This document shows, one piece after another, positions 50,698 through 64,000 of a stretch of DNA of 64,000 nucleotides (within the stretch, counting starts at the first letter, position 1; the number at the start of each line of letters is the position of its first letter). The notes under the pieces were generated by a model. That model saw only the letters and a list, made by a program, of their open reading frames with translations. It ran no database searches and was not told the origin of the DNA. A program made the position numbers and the translations under genes. The DNA lies in NCBI RefSeq assembly GCF_009914755.1, contig NC_060928.1; one strand, written 5' to 3'. The DNA is from the human T2T-CHM13v2.0 reference genome, Homo sapiens.

Positions 50698-51951
50698 TTA
50701 AATTAATGGAGATTTTTATATTTCTAGCCTATACCTTTCTTTGGGACATCCAGGTTTGTCTAAGTGCCTACTTGATATCCCCACTTGGATGTCAGACAGG
50801 CATTTAACATACAGTGTTCTAAAATGGTATTATCTCAATTGTACCCACCCTTTTGGTTGCTTAGGCCAAAATCCTCTGTGGTCATCCTTGACCATTCACA
50901 GTTGATTCAAACTATATATATCTGGAGTCTAATCAGTTATTACCATCTTCTGCTATTTGAAACAAGCCACCATTACTACTTGGATTGTTCCTGCCTACCT
51001 TGTCTATGTCCTATCTTGTGGAAGTCTTTTATTTTTTATAGGCAGGATCTCACTCTGTTGCCCAGAATGGAATGCAGTGAGACAATCAGCTCACTGCAGC
51101 TTTGCATTCCTGGGCTCAAGTGATCCTCCTGCCTTAGCCTCCTGAGTAGCTGGGGCTACAGGTGTGTGCCACCATGGCTGGCTAATTTTAAAATATTTCA
51201 TGTGGAAATGGGGTCTTGCTATATTCCCAAGGCTCCAAGGCTGGTCTGGAACTCCTGGCCTCAAGTGATCCTCCCGATTACGGGTATGAGCCACTATACC
51301 AGGCCCTGAAAATCTGTTTTAGACGATTCATTCAAAGATCCCATGTGATCTTGCATCTGACTTGTCTCTTACTCCTATTCCCCTTGCTCTTCCCTGTGCT
51401 TGAAATATTCTCCTTTACATGGCCACAGTGTTTATTTCACCTCCTTGAAGTCTCTGCTGTTTGTTGTTTATTTTTAAGCAACCTGAATGAGGAATTGAAG
51501 TTTGTTCTAATAATGTCTCCTCCGTAGAATCTGGTGGTGCCCTCTGACACTTGTGATTTTTTTCCAGTTTTGTTTACTCGTGTCTATGAGAAAAATTCCA
51601 TGAGGACAGTGTTTTTGGTGGTGGTAGGGCACTGATTAATTGTCAGATCATCATTGCCTAGTTCAATATTTGTTGAATAAAGGAATGAGTGATATTCCCT
51701 ATTAATGTCCCTTAGCCAAGAAACAAATGCCTTACTTTCTACTAAAGGCTGGTTTAGACATAGATATGGGTCCCAAATGGCAGGGGCTCCCTCCCCAGGG
51801 TAGAAAAAGAGGTCATGGGATGAGGACTGATTATTACATAAATGGTGGTTTTCCTCTTGATGCACTGAGGCTGGATATCATTTAGTAAGGTAATAGTATA
51901 ATCCATAATCAAGCTCTAATCTGCTACACCTTGGAATAGGGGTTGGCATAG

Positions 51952-52234
<283 letters not shown>

Positions 52235-52565
52235 TGATCCACCCGCCTTGGCCTCCCAAAGTGCTGAGATCACAGGCATGAGCCACCGCGCCTGGCCACA
52301 AGTAACTATGTTTAATGCCCACCACCAGTCTTTAGATTGATGGCTCTCTAGTTATTTTGGTTGTCTGAAGCATGTCCTTTGGTAGGTTCCTTAGGAAGTT
52401 CTTATTCTTCCATGGTGAGTATAATTTGTCAGAGTACTTTATATCTCAAAGTCACTTTTGCTGCATCCTTAGCTCCTTGGCTCACTCTTTAAGCATCTTA
52501 AATATGCTACTCCCATTTTTTTAAAAATAACTTAAAGCATTGCTAGTGAAAAGTATGATAATTAA

Positions 52566-52847
<282 letters not shown>

Positions 52848-52940
52848 TGATCCGCCTGCTTCGGCCTCCCAAAGGGCTGGGATTACAGGCGTGAGCCACC
52901 GTGCCCAGCCTTTCTGTTTTTTTTGTTTGTTTGTTTTTAA

Positions 52941-53102
<162 letters not shown>

Positions 53103-53327
53103 TAGTAGAGGCGGGGTTTCACCGTGTTAGCCAGGATGGTCTCGATCTCCTGACCTCATGATCCGCCCACGTTGGCCTCCCAAAGTGCTGGGATTACAGG
53201 CGTGAGCCACCGCGCCCAGCCTTCTGTTTCTTTAAAATCCAGTAATTTTGCTTGAATATGTCTTACTAGGGTTTTTTTCTGATTAAGTAGTGTTACGTAG
53301 GCAGTATATTCTTTTTTTAATTTTTGA

Positions 53328-53432
<105 letters not shown>

Positions 53433-53492
53433 TGAGAGGCTGGGATTACAGGCGTGTGCCGCGATGCCCAACTAATTTTGTTATTTTTATTA

Positions 53493-53834
<342 letters not shown>

Positions 53835-53947
53835 TTAGCATTCTGTGTCCTTGCTCTGATTTTCTGTATCAGGGACTTCTTCACCTATGATCTTAAAAGC
53901 AGCTGCAGTTATAATTGCTAACCATCCATGTGATATAATCCTTAGTC

Positions 53948-55122
<1,175 letters not shown>

Positions 55123-55137
55123 TAAATAAGGAAATAA

Positions 55138-55389
<252 letters not shown>

Positions 55390-55392
55390 TAG

Positions 55393-55536
<144 letters not shown>

Positions 55537-55697
55537 TGAGTCCCTCTGGGCCAATTCAGCGTTCTATTTTGCACTGCTAAATGTGAGACTGATGTGTACA
55601 TGCTTGTGCACTTCATGTATTCAGAGGAGGTTCTCCCATTCAGGGCACTGCTGTATTTAGAAAAGTGTTAATGGAACAAACTCCTCTGCCATTTGCC

Positions 55698-55722
55698 GTG
55701 TGTGTGTGTGTGTGTGTGTGTG
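55698..55722. repeat. (GT)n microsatellite
   Basis: Direct reading. Confidence 0.9.
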
Positions 55723-57376
55723 TCAGTATTTAAACACAAGTGTTTCTACTCTGACGGCCACAGTTTTCACATGAGAGCGAGGATGCTGTCCAGTTGTTTG
55801 ACAACTCAGAATTCTCAATCTCATACCTTGACTGTGGTTTCATCACACCTCCACCAACAGGAGTGTTTGATAAAACTCCAAAACAATTCAGGAGCCTGTT
55901 CACCAAGTAGTTTCTTGGGACTGTGTGGATGGATTCACAGTGCTTAATCCCTCTGGCAGTCAAGGACAAACTGCTATCTCTTTAACCTTTTGCTGCTTCT
56001 AGGCTTATTGGAGGGCTTTGGGTATTGGAGACCGCATGCCTCACTAAACAAGCCTTGCTGATAAAAAACAGTGTGTTCTGGGATGTAGCAGCCTTAGGAT
56101 CATCTTGGTTTTTCATGAAGTGGTGGTAGAAACTCCTGGAAAACTTTATCTAGCACTCCACTGCGTGAAGCGTACTTGCACCTGTTGGGTCAATGGGGTC
56201 CTTACTTCACCTAAGTCTCCTAAATGATTGGGCCTGATTCACTGATGGCTCTGCAGAATGGAAAGCTGGTAGTATCCATTGTGTTGCTGTTGCAATCCAA
56301 CCTCAGTGCTAGCCATGCAACTAAAGTGAATGAAGTCCCTGCTCAGTGGGCGGAACTCAGTTCTCATAGCCAATACTGCTTTTGATTAACCTTGCCCTAT
56401 TTTAAAAATTATTATTTTTAGAGTTAGGGTCTTGTGCTGTTGCCCAGGTTGGAGTGCAGTGGTGTGATCACAGCTCACTGCAGTCTCAACCTCCTGGACT
56501 CAGGGATCCTCCTACCTCAATCTCCTGAGTAGCTGGGGCTACAGGTGTGTGTCCCCATGACCTGCTTTTTAAAATTTTTGTAGAGATGGGCATCTCGCTA
56601 TGTTGCCCAGGCTGGTCTTGAACTCTTGTACTCAAGTGATTCTCCTGCCTCAGCCTCCCAAAGTTGAGATTACAGGTGTGAGCCACCACACTAGTTTTTG
56701 CTGACTTGGGCTGTTACTAATGGCCTAGACATCTGGTCTGCCACTTGAAAGGCAGACTAAAGACATCTCTTTTAAGGCTATAAACTATGAAAATAAATTG
56801 TGGCTGCCAACCAGAACATCTGGGTCATTCATGTAGATGACTACAGTTAAGGGCTGATAACACCTGTGACTGATAACACCTAGTGGAATCAAGCTGCTGA
56901 TGAAGCCAGCATCACCTGGATTGTCCTCACAATGGCAACACATCCACCATGGCGGACTAGGCACCCAGTAAAGAACTCTTTCTCATGCATGCCAGTCTTG
57001 GTGACCCCTGCTAAAGTTATCCCATTTGTCTGGAGGTAAATAAGGCCATACTATACAGGACATGGGCCCGCTTGCTCCTAACTGACTGACTACACTGGCC
57101 ATTTGACCTCCTGTTAGGGCAACTCATGGCGGAGGGGCTGACTGCTGTTAAGACCTTCTTAGGCTATGACGTTGCTGTTTCGGTCTGACCAACTGACTTT
57201 GACCATACAATTACAGCTCTTGAAACTAATGTGTCATATTAAGACCCAGGCTGGTCTTAAAACTCCTGGCTCAAGCGATCCTTCTGCCTCAGCCTCCCAG
57301 AGTGCTGGGATTACAGGTGTGAACCACCATGCCTAGCTGGAAGGGAAATAATTAATGCACAATTTGTTCCCTAGGT

Positions 57377-57557
57377 CAGTTTCTCAACCTTGGCACTATT
57401 AATATTTTAGGCCAGATAATTCGTTGTTTAGCAGTTACACTGGCCTCTACCCACTAGATGCCAGTAGCACCTTCCCTCTAGTTGTGACAAATAAAAATGG
57501 CTCAGACATTGCCAAATGTCCCCTGGAGGGCAAAACTGCCCCCAGCTGGAACCACTG
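57377..57557 (+). mobile_element. MER20 (hAT-Charlie MITE)
   Basis: cagtttctcaaccttggcactatt...ctctacccactagatgccagtagcacc...gacattgccaaatgtcccctg...gaaccactg. Confidence 0.85.
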
Positions 57558-58409
57558 CCCTTGATTCAAAACCACTACCTGAATCAAGTGGCAGCTGCAG
57601 CTAACAGTCTGACCTGCTGCTGGGCTTGTCCAGACCACCATGAAATGTGCTATGAAAACGAAAATCTCTCATAAACATGGTCAGTCCTGCACTGTTCTGC
57701 TGTGCCTGATACCATCAACAACAGCACCCAAATTCGAATGTATACAGACATCAGGACCAACACAACCTTGATTCAATCTGACTGATCATATGCTTTTGAC
57801 GCCTGAGTGGTCTTGGGTAATACCGTATATGGCAACCGAAGCTGCAGCTATTTGGTGACACTGCCCCTGTGACTTAACCAATGTGATGATACAAATCAGG
57901 TTTAGCAACGAGTCCTGAACCAAAGTGACTTGTGTCCTTTGGGGTTATATTTTGGTATATAGGGGAAAAATGGGTAGGAGAAAAATGGGTCATGAGATGT
58001 CTCCCCATTAAGGACAGAGGTCGCTTTCTGGCCCATCAATTGTCTAATTATTGCAGCGACACCAGAGATTAACAGATCAGTTTAAACTCTGTACAGGTCT
58101 TAATGAATAAAATACCCTGGCCCTAGAATACCTCATGGCTGCCTAAAATCAGACCTACTGGTACTCCCTGAGATTATTCACAGTAAGCTGTCTGGGACCC
58201 TGGAGAGTAAGACTGAGATCAATACTGCAGGTTGGCTTCATCTGCTGCTTTGAGTCTTGATAATAGACTTAATTAAACGTCATGTGAGACAAACTGAGTG
58301 GATTTGGTTCTGGCTTCTGTTGGTTAGCTTAATCGAAGTGGTTGTCAGAGTAGCACACTTGTGTAAAAATTTAAGTTTGGCCAAGAATGTGTCAGGCTGA
58401 GGAGTGAAT

Positions 58410-58866
58410 AGTGACAGAGGCAATGTGCTGTATACCCTAAGTGTCTCTGCACATTCTTGCTGAGTATGCCAAGAATACAATCCCTTGACTGTTCTTTACC
58501 CTGGCCACTTCTCAGGGCTGTGTTTGCACCCTTGTGAGCAACCTTGAAGGATGAGGTAACGTCTCCCCCAGGAAAAAAAGCAAGCTTGCTTCCATTTGCT
58601 ATAAAAGTGGTGGATCTCAGTGTTCCTCTCCTGTCACACAACTCACTGTATAATGGGCCCTTTGCATCACCTCCTCGGGATTTGGTGGGGTATGGGAAAC
58701 TGACACATAAGAACACGAAACTCTGGTTCTCACTTTTGCTATCATGAAGTGTTTTGCTCCTGTCCCAGAAGTCTCATGTCTTCTGCTAACATCCATGAAA
58801 CCATGCCAGGCTAAATGTTTAGCTTACAAGTTGGGTAAAATGTCAAACACTGCACAGTTCCTGACA
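58410..58866 (+). mobile_element. 3' LTR of the ERVL-class element (MER76-like; subfamily uncertain)
   Basis: Follows a purine-rich PPT-like tgaggagtgaa; TATA-like gctataaaag; ends ...gggtaaaatgtcaaacactgcacagttcctgaCA. Confidence 0.6.
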
Positions 58867-59344
58867 ATTTCTCCTCCTCAATTATTTGAAGCAAATTTAA
58901 CTTATCAAATGTAAATATTTCATCATGTATCTCTGAAATGATTTCTTAAAAAGAAATGTAACCAAAATCCTATTAACACAGCTCCAAATTTCAGTAATAA
59001 TCTTTAGTATCTTTAAATATCCAGTCATACCAATTTAATGAGTCATTAATTCTCTGACGTAACGCTGTGATAGGCAATGCAAGTGTGACAGCTATGAAGG
59101 GTAATGAGTTTCCATTTGCTAAGATCATTTAAGAAGTCAAAGTAGGGCTGGGTGCGGTGGCTCACACCTGTAATCCCAGTACTTTGGGAGGGTGAGGCGG
59201 GTGGATCACCTGAGGACAGGAGTTCAAGACCAGCCTGGCCAAAGTGGCGAAACTCCATGTCTACTAAAAATACAAAAAATTGGCTGGGCACGGTGGCTCA
59301 TGCCTATAATCCCAGCACTTTGGGAGGCCAAGGCGGGTGGATCA

Positions 59345-59761
<417 letters not shown>

Positions 59762-59839
59762 TCAAGGCAGAAAAATTATTGCAGGTGTCAGCTCCTAGAA
59801 GTGTATAACATCCATCCCGGCCCTATTATTATTTTTTTG

Positions 59840-60368
59840 ATACATATATGTATATACACGTATATATGTGTATGTATATATATGTGTATATGTGCATGTA
59901 TATGTAAGTATATATGTGTATATTACCACATATACATTTGTGTATACGTATATGTATATATGTATGTGTATATGTATATACATACACGCATACATACGTA
60001 TGTGTATATGTATGTATATATTTAAAGTGTGTGTATGTGTATACACATATGTGTATATGTATATATGTGCATACATATGTATAAATGCATGCATGTATAC
60101 ATGTATACGTATATATACATATACACATACGTATGTATACATATGTATGTATACACTGCATATACATATGTATGTATACACTATGCATATACATACATAT
60201 GTATATATACACATGTATGTATATACTATGCATACACATACATATGTATATATACACACGTGTACACACATATACATATGCGTATACATTCATACACACA
60301 TACATGTATACACACATACATATACACATACACATATATACATATATGTATATATACACACACACACA
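59840..60368. repeat. About 530-bp alternating purine-pyrimidine (TA/TG/CA) compound microsatellite at an Alu tail
   Basis: Nearly uninterrupted (RY)n, bracketed by T-runs at 59832-59838 and 60369-60378; the latter is the tail of a minus-strand Alu. Confidence 0.92.
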
Positions 60369-61411
60369 TTTTTTTTTTGAGATGGTGTCACTCTCTGTTG
60401 CCCAGACTGCAGTGCAGTGGCATAATCTCAGCTCACTGCAACCTCCATTTCCCAGGTTTGCGCAATTCTCCTGCCTCACCCAGTAGCTGGGATTACAGGC
60501 CCACGCCACCATAGCCTGGCTAATTTTTGTATTTTTAGTAGAGACAGGGTTTCACCATGTTGGCCAGGCTGGTTTTGAACTCCTGACCTCAGGTTATCCA
60601 CCCGCCTTGGCCTCCCAAAGTGCTGAGATTACAGGCGTGAGTCATAGTGCTCAGCCAGAGGCCAATATTTTGGTATTGTTAGTTAATTTTTGTGAAACAT
60701 AGACAACCAAATATTTCATTTAATTATTGCCTAATTTACAGTACTTGAAGATAAATAATCCATGGTATACATATAATTAGAATTCCTTTAAAAAAATCAG
60801 AATATGTCTCAGACTCTGAAATATAAATCTATCAGCTTAACAGTGCTTTGGTTAATCTATTATACTCCAAAATACTAATAACAGTGTTTTGTGTTATATT
60901 TTAATGAAAATCTAGATTTATGATTGCTCTACTGTTGCCAAGGGCACAGCCCTACAAGATACAGCTGTACAAGATCTGATGTTCTAAATTTTTGAATATT
61001 TTCTATTAAAGAGAAAAAGGAATCCACATTAGTGGATCCATTCATGTTTCAGTTTCTAGGTAACATCAATATAAATTGTCCACATAAAACCAAGAAGCTG
61101 ACAGGACTTTTCTTCCTGAAGGATAAAACTTCAAGGCTTTAATACATACTGTGTAATTCTTTCTAATCGTTAAGTATTAGAGGCTACAACCACTACAGGC
61201 CAATGAAACGGATCAATTCTTCTTGTTTAACTGCTAAAAAAAATGTTATCACTTTGCCATAATAAACGGAAAAAGAACTGGATTGGAAATCCGCAGAGAT
61301 AGGTTTTACTTTAGGCTCTGCAAGTAACTGTGACTTTAGGCAAATCATTTAACCTCTGCAAGTTGAACTCTGGTCTCCAAGGGCTCTCTTCTGTGGTATA
61401 ACAGGATGAGC

Positions 61412-61445
61412 TCGCAATTAAGAGAGCGGCCCCTAGATGGTAGTG
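61412..61445 (+). promoter_or_regulatory. Candidate CTCF binding site
   Basis: Core CGGCCCCTAGATGGTAGTG (61427-61445) resembles TGGCCACCAGGGGGCGCTA; upstream TCGCAAT resembles the CTCF upstream motif. Confidence 0.5.
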
Positions 61446-61864
61446 TTGTTCTGAGTCAGGCTTTCTATTTTTTTTCCTTCTTTAATTACAGTGAAGTAAA
61501 AAGGCACAAGTTAGAAAATGACTTCACGTTAGTTCTGAAAAAAATTCAGTTGGCTGGACAAGGTGGCTCACGCCTGCAAACCCAGCACTTTGAGAGGCCG
61601 AGGCGAGAAGACTGCTTGAGCTCAGGAGTTCAACACCAGCCTGGGTAACATGGTGAAACCCCGTCTTTACAAAAAATAAAAAATTAGGCTGGATGCGGGG
61701 GCTCACGCCTGTAATCCCAGCACTTTCAGAGGCCGAGGCGGATGGATCACTTGAGGTCAGGAGTTCAAGACCTGTCTGGCCAACATGATGAAACCTGGTC
61801 CCTACTAAAAATACAAAAAAATTAGCGGGGCACAGTGGTGCGTGCCCGTAATCCTAGCTACTCA

Positions 61865-62145
<281 letters not shown>

Positions 62146-62662
62146 CTAAAATACAATACAATAAAATAAAATAATAAATTCACTGTGAAGAATTCATTCA
62201 ATGGCATTCAAAATGACATTGAATCATGAATCATATGGCTCATGTGCATTTGACATTAATTAAAAGAAATAAACCATTAATGATTATACCAAAGTGAATA
62301 TATCGCCTTATAATTATTAGTCCATACAGTCATCATTATTTTCTCTAGGTATATTTAGGTAAGCTTAAGAAACTGAGTAAAAACTAAGAAATGAATGTTA
62401 GGAGTATTGATCTACAATCTTATAGAAAAATTTTTTTTTCAAATGCAAGTTCTACTAATAAATTCTGATAAACGCACTTTCTTTCATTTTGAATATTACA
62501 GACTGAATTCAAGACCTGTGATTTATATGAGCACAATGACAGATATATTCCATTACCCTTCTAGCCATGTAAACAAGGGCATCTTTTAAAGAAAAACGCT
62601 TTTAGTGTTCAAAGGATAAGAATAATATATTAAATGGCTTCTCTAGGTTTTTTTTCAACTGA

Positions 62663-62968
<306 letters not shown>

Positions 62969-63702
62969 TGAGCCACCGCGCCCAGCCCTCTAGGTTTAAT
63001 TTATCAAAGAAAAAGGATTAAGAGATTCTAGTTTGAGGAGGTTTAGATGAACAAGATCAGATTTTAACCTAAAATTCCTGAAAGGAAACAGAATGTGTTC
63101 CTATTTCTCTCCCATAAAATTCACTGAGTATAAAAATTATGTTTCTCCTTAAACATGCTCAGTCTTGCCTTGAATTCAATCAATATACAGAATAAGAAAG
63201 TACCTATGAGGCCGGGCTCGGTGGCTCACGCCTGTAATCCCAGCACTTTGGGAGGCCGAGGTGGGTGGATCACGAGGTCAAAAGATCGAGACCATCCTGG
63301 CTAACACGATGAAGTCCCGTCTCTACTAAAAATACAAAAAATTAGCCGGGCGTGGTGGTGGGCGCTTGTAGTCCCAGCTACTCAGGAGGCTGCGGCAGGA
63401 GAATGGCGTGAACCCTGGAGGTGGAGCTTGCAGTGAGCCAAGATCGTGCCTCCGCACTCCAGCCTGGGCGATAGAGGGAGACTCCATCTCAAAAAAAAAA
63501 AAAAAAAAAAGAAAGTATCTACGAGAGCCCATATGTTACCTTTTTGCTTCCTGTCAGTTGAGTAGGTAATAAGTGGCAAGCACAACATAGAACATGAGAG
63601 TGAAATGACATAAAACTGTGAATTTTTAGTATAGATTTATGTCAAAAATTAAAGAGGAAAGATATTGAGTGAATCCAAGATGGTATTGCTGTATGTGAAA
63701 GT

Positions 63703-63760
63703 CATTCATCCATCCATCCATCCATTCCAACCAACCAACTCACCCAACCCACCAACCAAC
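63703..63760. repeat. (CATC)n/(CCAA)n tetranucleotide repeat, probably an L2 tail
   Basis: cattcatccatccatccatccattccaaccaaccaac... followed by tttattgag, typical of L2 3' ends. Confidence 0.7.
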
Positions 63761-64000
63761 CTTTATTGAGGCTGAATGGTGCAAAGGACTAGAGATACAA
63801 AGATAAATAAGGTACCACAGGCCAGGTGCAGTAATACCAGCACTTTGGGAGGCTGAGGCAGGCAGACTGCTTGAGCCCAGGTGTTTGAAACCAGCCTGGG
63901 CAACATGGCGAAACCCTGTCTCTACAAAAAGAAAAAAAAATACCAGAAATTAGCTGGGCACGGTGGTGTGCGCCTGTAGTCCCAGCTACTCAGGAGGCTG

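Overview
Primate genomic DNA, human-like, and extremely Alu-rich. It contains one complete protein-coding gene, RPS3A (40S ribosomal protein eS1/S3a), on the + strand. The six coding exons are 43537-43598, 44369-44472, 44859-45046, 46755-46963, 48061-48170 and 48356-48477. They sum to 795 nt (264 aa + stop) and all introns are GT-AG. The gene has a CpG-island promoter with a TCT/5'TOP start and an AATAAA at 48501. Two intronic box C/D snoRNAs sit inside it: SNORD73B in intron 3 and SNORD73A in intron 4. The rest is transposon-derived: roughly a hundred Alu copies or fragments (visual estimate, many nested), L1 3' fragments, three ERV1 solo LTRs (LTR8 and two MER4-family), MaLR LTRs, a decayed ERVL-class pol plus 3' LTR, hAT and Tigger DNA transposon relics, and microsatellites. 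Almost all entries in the supplied ORF track are Alu or microsatellite artefacts. I found no evidence for a new multi-gene system. The most interesting unexplained signals are small-scale: a perfect 52-bp inverted repeat between two head-to-head Alus, a 30-bp AT-rich inverted repeat, a tandem duplication that builds a UGCAUG cluster in RPS3A intron 1, a guide mismatch in SNORD73B, unusual snoRNA positions, and a candidate CTCF site with an upstream motif. Repeat subfamily names come from recalled consensus sequences and need RepeatMasker/Dfam confirmation.
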